Below, piece by piece: positions 1 through 14,396 of a DNA stretch of 64,000 nt. The DNA is from Oikopleura dioica. Taxonomy: Eukaryota; Animalia; Chordata. The position numbers and the translations under genes are program-made. The notes beneath the pieces are model-generated. The model saw nothing but the letters and a program-made list of their open reading frames with translations. It did not search any database and was not told where the DNA came from. Each line of letters opens with the position of its first letter. The first letter of the stretch is position 1. The stretch is from assembly GCA_907165135.1 (NCBI GenBank), contig OU015569.1, positions 6,448,001 to 6,512,000 of the forward strand, given 5' to 3'.

Positions 1-2
1 AA

Positions 3-3000
3 TCACTAAAGCCAAGCCTAGAGCCCTTGATCACAGAAAGCAGAGTAAAATTAGAACAGCTCAGTACAACGCTTCTTACCTGCGAGCTCGATCAAGGAAA
101 AGACTCTACGAATGCGACAATGAGAGAAGAAGCATGGGTGGCCACTACCTGGTCTCGTCACGTCCAAGACTTGCCGAAGCTGGACGCCGCATGCAACACA
201 TCTTTCAACACCTTCTTGGGCAGAGCCGACATTTATCACCGCGCCTACGTCCGCGACAGACCTTCACGTGAACAGCCTTTCATCGCAGCAGTGTACAGCC
301 ACTTCGACTTGAACATCGAACGCTCACTTGGAACCGAATTTCTGAATTGTCAAGACTGGAAATCGGCCAAGGCGCTGCTAGAGAAATCATTCGCCGCGAA
401 GAGTCACTACTTACTGAAGCTAAGCGAAGTTTTCGACGTCGAATACGACCATTCGAAGCCGTTTGCACACTACACCGCCAACGTCTTGCAAAAGATGAAC
501 GAGGCGAAGCAAGCGACTTTGAACTCTTACCGACAAGAGAAGTCGGCCGACGCCGGGGTCGATGAAATATTTGACATATTCTCGACGATGATGCTGTACT
601 TGAATCTTAGGAAAGAAGAACCAGACGTTTTCAACGCAATCCTTCCAAGCCTATCAAAAGTTTACGATATCAACGAACTCTGCCGTCTCGCCCAATCCAC
701 AAGACAGAATCGAGTTGACAGCGCGACCGTCTCCCAGCACTTCAACAGAAATAAGAACAAAAGAAGAAGAATGCTAAGCGCGCCAGCAACGATTCTAAGG
801 ATGGGAAAGACGATAAACAACCAGAATCCAAGAAGATAAATACGACTAAGAACGTTGAAGATTTCCAACCATTCGACGTTCACTTTTACACAGTGAAGAA
901 GAAGCGACCAGGAAAGGCTTATTTCGCTTCGGCTACCATCATTACGGGCTCTAAAAGTTTTGACGTATCGATGGAAGTCGACAGCGGAGCCGAGTCCTCC
1001 TGTCTGTCCGCTGCTTACGTTCCCGACGAATTTCTCCAGATGCTGAAGCCCTGTCCCTTCAAGGTCACCGGTTTCAGCCCAAATATTCCCGCCGAGCAGC
1101 CGATGGGTATCCTTCCCTGCCGCTTATCATTCAATGGTGGCCCTGCATTCTCCCTGAATCTCACCATTATGCCAGGCAGTAAATACCCAAGTCTACTGGG
1201 CCGCGATATACTAGAGAATGCGATGACGGACAGCTTCACAGTCGACAATAAGAATCGTACTCTCTCATTTTGCTACAACGAAGCCTTCACACAAACTGAG
1301 ACTCAAGTGGTGAAGCTGGACGGAGTGAAGCGGACCAAAATCAAGAAATACTTGACGACTAGATCAGCGGTCAAAGACAGCGATCGGTCCCGCACTCAAC
1401 CACCACGAGAAGTCCCAAAGCTGGACGCGCCGAACAAGAACGCAGCCAGGTGCCCCATTCAGCTAGCGAAGCAAAAACTCGGAATAACCCTACCAGCAGA
1501 CGCAGACCCGGGGCAAAAGAAGATGGTCGCCGAGCTGTGTTTGGAATTCGACGACAGATTCGGCTGCGACGGTCAAAAATGGGTGAATTCCCGTTCGAGA
1601 TCGAAATCCCGACTGATGGTACGAGTCGAAACATCAGTCAACACCCGATTCCGCAAGCTTTTCATGGTCAGGTCAGCGATCACATCTCCGAACTGCTCGA
1701 AACGAAAATAATAGAAGAGATCAAAGACCAGAAAGGGTTTAACAGCCCGGTATTGCCTATTCCTAAGAAATCTGGGGAAATGCGCTTCTGCATCAACTAC
1801 AAAAACAGCCTGAACAAATGCCTCTCCGACAAATCCGACCCTTACCATCTCCCAAGCATGGAGGATACGATTGCGAACATTGGACCGGGCAATAAGTTTT
1901 CGCCACAGTTGATCTACGAAGTGGATATTGGCAGTGCCCTGTAAAGAAAAGCGACAGGTACAAGACTTCCTTCCAGTGGGGTGGGAAATCTTACGCCTTC
2001 TGCAGACTACCATTCGGTTATCGATGCTCGGGGAATATATTCTCGCGCGTCGTAAACACAATTCTCGACTCAAGCCCCACCAGGAAAAAGATGCTTTCTT
2101 ATATCGATGACATAGTGTGTTTTGGGAAGACTTTCAGCTGCTATTACAACACTCTCCGAAACCTATTCATCGCGCTCCGCAAGTTTAACGCTAAACTCAA
2201 GGGCGAAAAGTGCTCTTTCCTACAATCCGAAGCTCACTTTTGGGCCGAATCATCAACGAAGATGGAATCAAACCGGACCCTGCGCAAGTCTCCGCTCTTC
2301 GTCAGATGAAACCCCACGCTCCCAAAAGGAGTTAGCTTCATTAATCGGGTCATTGAATTGGATCCGAGGTTTTCTAGAAACGAAAATGGGCGAAGCTATT
2401 TCATCCGGTTGCTTCTCGAGCAGAATGAAGCCCATAAACGATGTTCGAAATTCGGCGAACGAAACAAATTGTTTCAAGTGGACCAAAGAAGCGGATTTGG
2501 CGCTCAAGGAAATTCAACGACGACTCTCCGAGACTCCAGTCATAAGTTTTCCTAACTTTGACGAGTCTTTTCATCTCTACACAGACGCGAGCCTGTACGC
2601 AGCGGGTGGCGTCCTGCTACAAGAGTATGGCGGGAGAGTGCACCTAGTAAGCGCGATTTCCCACACCTTCAACAAAGCTGAAAGAAAATGGAACACTTCA
2701 GAAAAGGAAATGTTTAGCATTGTCTGGTGCTGCGAGCGACTGGAAAAGCTCCTGAAAGGTAGATTCTTTCAGATTCACACAGACCACCGATCTTTGATCT
2801 TCCTACACAAAAAGAAGTTCAAGAATTCTAAAATAAGCCGATGGCAAAGCCGATTGGAAGAATTCGATTTTCACATTGTCTACATCAAGGGATCAGAAAA
2901 TCAATTCGCCGACTTTATGAGCCGCAGACCTGGCGAGGACGACAAATCACTTGGATACGACTCTGAGTTTCCCGTTGGTCGCGAGTACGAAATCGACAAG

Positions 3001-5051
3001 AATTCACCAGTACGTGTCTTCGTCCCTTTCTGGAACGAAAATCAGTTTCCGGAGAAAATCACTTTATCAGAGGTGAAGATACATAAGGTAAACGTCAAGG
3101 CTATCGCGGCGCCAATGGAGATTCCGTTGGTGTCAGCGAATTATAATAACATTCTGGACTATCAAAGGGAGGACTCTGCTCTGAGTGCAATCATCACTTT
3201 TCTGGAATCTGGTAAGGAGCCACTGGACATAAAATCGCTGGTGAAGGACTCCGACCACCGACAATCGTCTCTACTCAAGATGGAAAAAGCTCTGTTCCTG
3301 GATAACACTACCGGGTGCTTGATGTGTCAATTCAAATCTGGCGCGCGGGCGGTGGTACCGGAAGCGGTAAAAAGTCACTTTCTCTTTCTAGCTCACGACT
3401 TGTCCGGTCATCTGGGCGAGCCGCGGACTTTAGAGCGATTAGAGGACGTTTGGTGGCCTTCATTTCAAGACGATGTTTCTAACTACGTCCACAGCTGCGT
3501 CCCTTGCCTACGCAGAAAAGGATCTGCTGGAACTCGTACCAAACCGCCACTTGGAACCCTTCGTCGTGGAAAAACAGCTGGCGAATCGATTCAGATCGAT
3601 TTCGCTTGTATGCCTCCCGCTGGCGGATTCAAGTATTATTTGGTGGTGGCGGACACTTTCTCTCGCTACACTTGGTGCATTCCGACGCGGTCCGACACTG
3701 CTATCTGCGCTGCAAAAGCGCTCATCTACAAGGTCTTCCTTCCCATGGATTTCTTGCCGAAACATCTACACAGTGACAGAGGTACCCACTTCTGCGCAAG
3801 CGTGATTGACGAAATGTGTAAGCTTAACCAGATAAAACATACAATAAGTACCGCATTTCACCCTCAATCAAACGCTTTCGCAGAAAGAGCGAATCGGACT
3901 ATCAAAAACAGTCTATTCTGCATGGTCAACTCATCTTCCGGTCGAAAAACTTGGGCCGACTGCGTTCCCCACGTGATGCGCGCGCTCAATAGTGTGAAAA
4001 ACAAAAGCACGAAAATTTCACCGCGAGAAGTTTGGTTTGGCCGAAAAAGTACTTTCACCCACTCTACTGGCGCAGAAATGACAGCGGAAACACCTCAGGT
4101 GTTTGGTCTCAATGTTGGAGCTTTAGCGAAATCGGCGGAAGCCATTGTGAAAACTGCGATGGAAGCTGCTGACCGAGCCATGGAGCACAGGCTGAAAAAC
4201 GAGCCTAAGCCGAGACCAATCCCGCTGGCGCTGTCGTGTACATGAAGCGAGAAAACCTGACCGACGCTAAAAGCAAGAAGGAACGCTGGGTAGGTCCCCT
4301 GAAAGCCGTTTCGAGCAACGACTGGGTCGTCATGGTCGAAGATAAAAAGGACAACGTGATTTCATCCATCGAGAACACGTGGTTCACGCCGCAGAACGAA
4401 ATCACGACTTACGCTGGATTGATTACTACGAGGCCGAGTACGTATTCCCACATTTAACCGAAATCGTTAAGTCGAAAGTCCCACAAAATCGCCTGTTCCT
4501 ACTTCCAAACCGATGGAAAAGTCCGGGTCGAAGTCGCATGGGGGAGGAAATCTTCTCAGGTCGCGTCGACTCCGATGGTTGCTATGGAAAAACCGCCAAG
4601 ATCATCTCTATCACCTATTTTGGAAAGTAGACGCCGATTGGACATGGAAAATCTGGGAGATACAACCGCTACATCTATTTTGGACTCGTCGGTAGCTCCA
4701 GCCGAGCCGTCAGATCGCTGGTACTCTGGTGGTACTCTTTATGAAACTGCCGAGGACATGTCAGCTGATGCTACAGTGATTTCGGAGGTTGCTGCGCCCG
4801 ACAATAGCCATATGTCAGTCGATAAACAAAATTCAACAGTAGTTGAGGGCTCAGCAACTGAAAACAGCAAGAAAAGAACCCGTCCAAAGTCTTCACCAGA
4901 TCGTCAATACTCAGCCGGCGCCGATCCGAATGCGACTTTAACCGAAGTTGGAGCAGCTCATCTCCCGAAACATACAAAACGAGCACACCGTGAAACGAGG
5001 CCCGTCGAACCTCTAAACATCGGCACAAACTCGGGTCAGTCATACGACTAA
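3..5051 (+). CDS. Gag-Pol polyprotein, broken into ORF fragments by nine single-base homopolymer deletions
   Basis: ORFs 27-839, 893-, 1450-, 2091-, 2122-, 4236-, 4379-, 4513- and 4575-5051 each shift by -1. Adding one base to the runs at 759-762, 1575-79, 1897-1900, 2238-41, 2312-15, 4221-23, 4344-48, 4480-82 and 4540-44 gives one continuous frame, which stays open to the window start. Confidence 0.85.
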
Positions 5052-5360
5052 GCGCAAGTACTGCCCCACTCAGGTCCCCTATTCATCGACCGGGGCCTGA
5101 AAAGGTACGGAAATTATCACAGTTTACCGTCGCCGACGTATTTTGAGTTCTTCTACATGTGCAGCTACTCCTTCATGTCATCACCGCTCGGACATCACGA
5201 AAACTTCGCATCTGATTCAAGCTTTTTCCCAAAAAAGGGTTTTTTAACGCGAATCAGACTGCCTCGACGTTTCGAACCTGCCATGTTACTCATCTTACGC
5301 TTATACTCCTGCAAAAATCACACACTTTGGCCTTAGAGGACGTTTCAGTCTCATGGGGGG

Positions 5361-5616
5361 TATTGGGATCTTAGATTCGTTAGACTCCCTCGTCCCCTAA
5401 GGTCACTTGCTTATCTAGATCGAGCTTTGCTCGGTCGCCGCCGTGTATTTCTCTCCATTCGGTAATTCACGCAGTTCGTGAATTAACCTCTATTTTACTC
5501 CAGCTCGAAATACAGACGTCAAAGATACTTTACTCGTTTTCTTCACTCGTCCAGATATAGAGAGCAGGCAAACTACGCTAGAAGTGGGAGATTCAGCAGA
5601 AGCTAGGATCCCTTCA
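5361..5616 (+). repeat. 3' LTR (256 bp)
   Basis: Starts TATTGGGATCTTAG directly after the G-tract and ends CTAGGATCCCTTCA (reverse complement TGAAGGGATCCTAG). Host ALDH coding sequence follows. The partner 5' LTR is outside the window. Confidence 0.75.
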
Positions 5617-7381
<1,765 letters not shown>

Positions 7382-8561
7382 ATTCTGACTCTGACATGTA
7401 TAAGTGTCGTGATAGATGACCTATGAAAAACCCTCAAGATTATTTGAACTGAAAACTACTCGAATAAAGAATACGATCATTCTCAACAATTTGTGCGTGT
7501 TTTCCTTCTCGTTCTTTCTTCTCGATAAATCGCTTTCTTTGTTGATTTCATCATAAACGCAGCGAAAACATTTAGTTCCTTGTGGATGAAGGTGATCAAG
7601 TATGCAACTTAGAAAGCGCTAGAAATGGATTCTCCACGCAGTGAAATACGGTAATTTGGCATCGTCCTCGCGAGGCTGCCACTAAAATATGCATCGAGAG
7701 GCGAATTCTAAATCTCGGTGGACAAGCTGCAGGGCGATATTAAAATTCACTATTGCATATTGAAAATTCAAAGAGTCTTTGTAGAAACTCGCAGGGCTAT
7801 GAAATGTTTATAAGTCGTCCGGATCCTCAGCTCTTTTCACATGAAAATTGAATTGCTCGGTACCACCGTGCGTGAGCCCAGAGCAAGAACTCAATTTAGA
7901 ATTCACTCCTAGCAATAGAAATGACCAGACATGCATCATTCAATTACTGTTGTTCACTTGACTAGAAAAATTATTGCCTCGAGCAACCAGTTTTTTCTTA
8001 ATGTCATAAGCAAAATAGTATTCAATAACTAAGCAGCCAAAAGATAAATGTTGTCCTTCCTATGAAAATATAGAAATTTTATATCAATACAACTTGCATA
8101 AAAAAAATTCTTTCTATAGTAGACTACTATTATCTAGTATTCTAGTATATTCTACTATTATTCTAGTATTGGGTCTCTTTATGGACTCTATGGTCGCTTT
8201 TGACCCTCATCTTTCATCCGCGCTTCTATCCGAAAGAAATATGGACCCTAATCCAAGTCACATCAAACAGGTAGCTAACTAGAAAGCTGATCAAGCTTGA
8301 ACAGTTTAACTTCACAATTAACAACCACAAATCACTTATCTCGGAAATTCCTTTTCGTGGTAATTTCAAAGGAAGCTTCATGATTTGCGGTGTGCTAGTC
8401 TGAATAGTCCTGCTCATTGGTAATTCAGAATCCTCACGTCAAAAATCTCAGTTGACTGGGCAGCGCCGTTAGGCGGCGCATTCTAAAGTCAAAGATCACA
8501 TCCCTCGAGCCAAAGCGCATCTTGTCAAACCCGCTTTAGAGATTGAAGAAGGCACACGAAA

Positions 8562-9106
8562 ATGAGTAAGTTAAAAATTTTCAGAAAGAGACAAAACCAC
8601 AAAGAGACTGTCGGAAGCTTTCTTTACTAGCTAAAAATTTCAGAGCTCTCCAACACACTCCTCTTCTTCTTCGCATTTGCTGAAGGAGCACAGATCGGCG
8701 AGAGATCTAATGCGATCCGTCTACGACGGGAAGGTAAAAATTTTTCCCACAAACAAAAGACTTAATCCATTGAATAGGCGATGGAACTGGCGCTGCTCCG
8801 GCTGACGACAAAACCAACACGGGCGACGAAGATAATACCCCTAATGAAGAGGCTGGTACACAAAATAACGATTCCAACACAGGAGATGAAAATACCGGAA
8901 CTGGAGACGTGACTGAAAAGACACCACAAGGCCAAATGGCTGGCGACAAGACCGAATCTTCTGAGAACACCGAGAGCCAATCAACCGGTGATGGAGACAC
9001 AACAGGAGAAGTAACAACAGCCGCAGCAGAAGTAACGACTTCCTCCGCTCTTCAGTCAACGATCGGCGCCGCTTTACTTCTAGCTGTCGGCCAAATGCTT
9101 CTCTAA
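8562..9106 (+). CDS. Small secreted, probably GPI-anchored acidic protein (140 aa, 3 exons)
   Basis: Exons 8562-8565, 8644-8733 and 8778-9106 with GT-AG introns. Signal peptide MKLSNTLLFFFAFAEG, an RLRR site, a G/T/D/E-rich body and a C-terminal SSA followed by a hydrophobic tail. Confidence 0.75.
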
Positions 9107-9604
9107 CTGTTGACTCGCCTGCCGTGAGCTAGAAAATCGAACCCATGTGAAACGTCGACCCTGTTCAGCTCATTTTGGACATGCGTGAAACTGTAAAGTG
9201 TACTTTGTATCTAGACCAAAATAATTAATTATTTTTCTTAAAAATTGAAAAAAAAACTAAAAACATCTGTTAATCACGCACCGTATTTTCTCAACAATAT
9301 TTTACTTGATTTCCTTTTTGCTTTCCTTTTTTCTTTTGTAAAATTTACCATTCACATCCTATCGATGGTCTAACTCTCCGAGCGTCTTTCCAAAGGATTC
9401 ACATCCAATCGAGGCTTATGAAGAGTAAACTTGCGATAAGAAAGAAGTGCTTATTTCTCCCTGATTCGTAAAAACTAGCGTTTTGACCTGATCATGACGA
9501 ATAATCTTGTTCTGATTCACTCTCTCTTCGCTCAACACAAAAAAATAAATGAAAAAAGTAAAAAAAATGAAACTATTTCATGTTTATTACGCAGCTAAAA
9601 ATTG

Positions 9605-10780
9605 TCAAAGCTCTTCCCTCGATTTCGCAGTTGGGTACTTCCAGCAGGCAGTGTTCTTGCCCTAAACATTGAGTGATTGAATAAGCTCAAGAACATCGAG
9701 GAAAAATTACGTTGAAGCATAATTCGAAATCCATTTGGTCTTTGTTTTTGTTGAAGAGGTTGTAAATTTGCCACTCGGAGTCCTGTTTCTGGTCACAACA
9801 TGCAACGTGCAAGCACCTCGTTTGAAATAAATTCCACGAATTTAATCACGAGAACGTTTTAGAACACGCGCTGTGACTTTCCTGCTCTTCTATGATTTGG
9901 AAGCAGTAGTTTTTGAAGCGTCGTGGCCAACTCATCCCTCCTTGAGTTACCCCGGGAATCTTGATGCAATTTAATTTTTCATTTCGCAAAAAACTTTGTA
10001 AACCCAAAAGGTCTGATCAATACCTCGGCCGTTTCAAATCCATTCGCCGCGAGTCTCTCCACACCATTGATAACTTTGACTCCCGCGCTAAAAATTTAAC
10101 TTTTAGAGCGATTTTCAACCCAAGTGCAGAACCCTTCAAATGACTTCTCGCTCTCGCAAACGCCCTCGACAAGATCAACAACGTCGCTTTCACGTAGCAG
10201 TTTTTTGCCGGCTTTGATTGATGGGTAAAGATCCACTTTCTCCTGGAGTTTCTGTCTCAACACCATCGTCACTATTCGGCAGGCATCGCATTGGTGTCGA
10301 GCTGAATTAAACTTTTTGAAAGAGTAACTATGCAGCGAAGCCATTCCTGTTTGATTTTTTTCGAATTTAAAAAAGTTAGTTTTTGACTCTCACTCATGTT
10401 TTTCGTTTTAGGAAAGCATGTTTTTGTTGAAATCAACTACAAGTAGCGTTGAAATGAAACTGCGTCCTGCCCATTTATACAAAAATAAAAAGTTACGTGC
10501 CCTCGTTCGAATCTAAATCAAATTCGCATTTAGAATAGAATAATCATATATTTACCTGGCATGAAGTTTTCCGCCGCTTCCTCGCTATCTAATGCTGGCT
10601 GCTGGAAATTAATTCCTCCTGATCCAGAAAAATCATGCTTAAAATAATGTTAGAAAAGAAAAGATTTCAACAGTTCACATTTTCCGCTGCGTTTTGTCCC
10701 TCAATTTCTCTTTGACGCGCCTGAAACTTTTCTGTATTGTCGGCCAGCACTGATAGAGATAAAAGATTAAATAGTTTCAT
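9605..10780 (-). CDS. MZB1: MZB1/pERp1-like ER saposin-fold protein (Canopy superfamily)
   Basis: Spliced peptides: signal peptide, QPALDSEEAAENFMPARHQCDACRIV, ESDVVDLVEGVCE, GVKVINGVERL, GGMSWPRRFKNYC, SEWQIY, ELCF, C-terminal REEL. These are colinear with vertebrate MZB1 motifs. Confidence 0.8.
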
Positions 10781-11171
10781 GTGCGTTTTCTGTCGCTCGA
10801 ATTTTATGTTTGTGTTAAAATATCGAGATCAAGAATGAAATTTGTCGGCGGCGTGATTTTCGCCCTTGTGCGAAAAAATACGCAAACTGACACGTTTCTA
10901 TCTCACTTGCTTTGTAATGCTTCCGTATTGCTACTGTTCAGTAAATTCTAGAGAAAGCTTTTAATCAGAGTATGATTATGCGATTGCGATAGCTATTTTG
11001 GTATTTGTTAAAAGTTTGATTGTCAACACTTTCTTCTTCTAAAAAAGGATTGTTCCTGATTGATGAATTTTTGCGAGCTTAATGGCCGACAAGCGCGGCG
11101 ATCATAAAAACTATTTACGAGGTTCTCCTGTTTGAAAATCCATCAGTTGGTAGAGAGGAAGCCCGGCAACG

Positions 11172-11819
11172 ATGTGCCGGGCCAGATTTTTCGTCTTCTT
11201 AGCGTTGACGTCGGTGAGTTCCCGGCAGATTGTTTCGCCTGATGGAATTGAAATTTCGGACGAACTAGAAGCAACGCTCAGGTGCTTGGTGAGAACTTGG
11301 ATCAGATTCGAGTGGTCTCAGCGCTGCGAGAACTGTGTCGTCCCGACTGAAGATCAGCTATCAGACGAAAACAGACTTCCAGGTTTGAAAAGTAATTTAT
11401 ATTTGATTATAAAATTGGGGCTTTCAGAATGTACTCCAGAAGCACTCGAGAGCGCAGGGATAAAAGTGACGCAGATCTTGGCTGGAGGTAATCGAGTATG
11501 GAATGCAGTTTCTGGTTGGATCCAGAAATCAGTCACTGCTCTTCCGAGAAGAAATACGTCCTTCCTCGATAACGCTCGCACAATTTCTTTATGGAAATTT
11601 CTTGAAGCTACCGCCAGGTGCAGGTCCGTCGCTGTAAAAATTTCGAAGGCGTCGGAATGGTTACTGCATCGTGTTACAAGCAGTTTACTCACGTTTACGT
11701 CGAACATGCTTGACCACGACAAGATTGAGCAAAAGAAAGAAATCCGAAAAGCAGAAAACAGGATTACACTGGGGACTCGCCGCGTCAATTTTCTCTGCCA
11801 ACCTAGATTCTCAGTCTAA
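11172..11819 (+). CDS. Uncharacterised secreted cysteine-containing protein (3' exon structure uncertain)
   Basis: Signal-peptide-like MCRARFFVFLALTSVSS, several Cys, and in-frame GT-AG intron candidates. No family recognised. Confidence 0.4.
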   Translation: MCRARFFVFLALTSVSSRQIVSPDGIEISDELEATLRCLVRTWIRFEWSQRCENCVVPTEDQLSDENRLPGLKSNLYLIIKLGLSECTPEALESAGIKVTQILAGGNRVWNAVSGWIQKSVTALPRRNTSFLDNARTISLWKFLEATARCRSVAVKISKASEWLLHRVTSSLLTFTSNMLDHDKIEQKKEIRKAENRITLGTRRVNFLCQPRFSV

Positions 11820-11860
11820 TGAGGCCCGTTCTGTTCACTAGAACTTTACGGGCCTCATTA
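11817..11860. repeat. 44-bp hairpin with perfect 13-bp arms
   Basis: TAATGAGGCCCGT ... ACGGGCCTCATTA, with an inner GTTC/GAAC pair. Confidence 0.8.
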
Positions 11861-12798
11861 CTAAAGCAGAATGCTAGCGTTATTTCCTAGCTTCTTTCAA
11901 CTGTTTTTCCTTACTATTTTACTATGCATATTTTATTCACTTATGTCAAACAAGAGCAAAACTAACACCCGAATAAATTCTACTAACCACAAAATTTCAA
12001 TCCTTTCGTAAATGTACCAAAGAATGCAAAGCAATTCATCAGAAAAAGGCTTTAATTCTAAAATGGCAGCAAAATATTTGCTAGCAGCGCTGACGGGGTA
12101 AGTTGTATCTAAAAATTAATTCGAATTGTCAAAACAAACTTTTTTCTGTTCATCACGTTGCCGCGGACAGAGCCGCAGCTTCCGCATGATCACAGAAAAC
12201 TTTCCGTATATGACCAAGTCTTTTTTGTGCTCCATCAGAACTCATATTCAGTATAATTCTATCCGAATTAGTTGCACAGACTAGCTTCTTTTTTGTAAAA
12301 GTAAAAAGTAAAGAAGTAAAACACGGAGAAAAAAAAACAACTAAGGATAGAATTTAACAAAATAAAAGCATGCATTCCAGTAAATAATCAGGATAACTTG
12401 ACTTTTATTTTTATACTAACACCCAGAATCGTCCACCACCTATTTTGGCTACCATTATTGTGATCTAATTTTGCATCAGCTAGCGACGCATTTTTGTATC
12501 AAACAAAAGTTACATGTTTCTAAAATTTAGAGGGTTGTTTTCAAGAAAAATTATCGATGGTGCCCTTTTTATGTGTTGCAAAGAAGTGCCTTATATTTGA
12601 TTAGAAAACGATAGCTGAGTTTATTTAACAGAATATGAACATCATATTTAGTCAGAAATTATATGAACAGGTTATAGTGGTCTATAAGGTCATTGTTTTG
12701 CAGAAGTATAAAAATATTTTTCATTTTTGAAGTGGTCGTGCTCTGGTAAGCCTGAATATTCAGGTGTGTACTTTGTGGTAACGTTCTGAATTGATTCT

Positions 12799-14396
12799 TC
12801 ATTGGTTTGGTCGGTCGGGAGCATCGGGACTTTCAAGGAAGTCCTTTGCGCTGAGACCGCTGTCCAGGTATTTTTGGCGGTAGCCCAGTCGCTGGTCGAT
12901 CTTGCGCCAGATGGAGTGTCCGTTTCCTTCGATGAAAGCTTGTAGCTCTTCTTCGCTGGGCAAATCGAGAATCTTGTTTTTCTTGGAGTACTCGGTCTTC
13001 ATCGGGGTCCAGCCGCGGACTTCGTACAGTTTTCGTACAAATCGCATTTTCCTAAATCGAGTTTAAGTCAAAGTAACGTGGTTGAACATGCTAAAGCTCC
13101 GTCGAATTGGAATTTGTTGTCAATTAAGTGCTGTTAGAAAGACTTACTCTTCAATGAATTCAATCGCTTCGTCGGAGAACAATTCCTTTTTGATAGGAGT
13201 AGACTTTCGATGCATTTTATTGTCGTCCATCATAGTCAAACACTTGACACGTCGATCACGATCGGCTGTGGTGAAGTTGTAGTTCTCATCAAAGAAGTCC
13301 AAAACTTTGACCATCTCGTTTGTCACATTCGCTTTCATGTCTTCGTAGTACATGAGGTGGAAGGGGATGTTGCCCTTGGTCGCGTACTCTGGAAACCACA
13401 TTGTCATCGAGTACCATCGCTGAAGCAGATTTAAAATAGTATTGAGCTTAAAAATAGCTACCTTGAGGTGTTGCATTTGAAACGCTTTCCATTCCGGCTT
13501 GTCAAAAACAGCCATATCAACATTGCCCGTATGAGAGTGTCCAACTTGACGCTTGTAATCAGCGATAGTAGCATCGTACGGGTTACGAATAACGTAAATA
13601 ATGCCGTCAGCATATTCCATGTCATGCTGTCCGTGGTTTTTGACAACGACAGTTCTTCCGCTGGTTGGCTCGTCCTAAAAACATGCTTCGTTAGCTCGCG
13701 AACGCAAAACGTGTAGTTGCGGCATATTCCTCCCGATAAGAACACGCATTTCTAGCTTAAATCAGCGCTCCTCGAACAGGGAGTAATCGGACATGAGCGT
13801 AGATTTCCAGAAAGTTAATCAAACTCACCGCTTCACCGATGAATCCAGCATCGACCATTTTCGCCTCGTGATAGACACTTCCGCTGTAAATTCCAGTGAC
13901 GTCTTCGATCAAAATTCTCGACCAGCTGAAAACGGAATTTAAAAGCCATCTCTCTGTTAGTATTCTTACGTGTTTCCAGCACCAGGGAAACTGTTAAGGA
14001 AGACGATTGGCATCGTGTTGTAGTCTTCTAAATGAAGATCTCGCTCACACATGTTTTGTGCTTCTTCGATTTCTTCCTCGGACGCGTGGACTTCGGGCTC
14101 GACCTCCTGAAAGAATTGAAAAACTGGAATTTATTTAAGCATTTCACCTTGAGTTCTCCTCTGGCCGCAGTGGTCTTTACAGCCGGTCTCTGTCCATTTT
14201 TATGGTGATAGACGGTGTCTTCTGGAATATCTTCGCGCAAGTCAATCTCGTTGAATTTAAGATTTAACTTGGTGGCATCGATGATTCTGCCCGTGTTTTG
14301 CTCGACGACGAAGAAGGCAACTAAGGCCAGGATAAAAAGAAGTATCCTCTTTTGTGTGACTCCGAATTCGTCGACCTTTCTCTCAATCGCGCTCAT
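12799..14396 (-). CDS. WSCD1/2-like type II membrane sulfotransferase
   Basis: N-terminal TM helix, then [27 protein letters not shown] (5'-PSB loop), VVKNH and IYVIRNPY (3'-PB motif). These match the WSCD catalytic domain. No WSC domain seen. Confidence 0.85.

Larger units (their letters stand above)
1..5616 (+). mobile_element. Ty3/gypsy LTR retrotransposon, 5' end outside the window (Tor-like if the host is Oikopleura)
   Basis: Domains run gag, protease (VDSGAES), RT (LPFG, YIDD), RNase H (TDAS, EKE, TDH, ADFMSR), integrase (H-H/C-C, D-D-E, W-x-GP). This is the gypsy order. A G6 polypurine tract at 5355-5360 precedes an LTR with imperfect terminal inverted repeats. Confidence 0.95.

Noticed and set aside
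750-900. Programmed -1 ribosomal frameshift between gag and pol
   Set aside because: No canonical X-XXY-YYZ slippery site, and the shift matches the same homopolymer-deletion pattern as eight other breaks. Not fully excluded.
4575-5051. Separate env or accessory ORF of the retroelement
   Set aside because: No signal peptide or TM segment, and it joins Pol in frame once the homopolymer errors are repaired.
8094-8282. 62-aa hydrophobic ORF
   Set aside because: It starts at TTG and derives from a low-complexity TATTCTAG-like repeat. No splice or codon support.
9926-9945. Short resemblance to the 5' end of the spliced-leader RNA as I recall it (ACTCATCCC...TTGAGT)
   Set aside because: The match is short, lies antisense within an MZB1 coding exon, and lacks the rest of the leader and its donor site.
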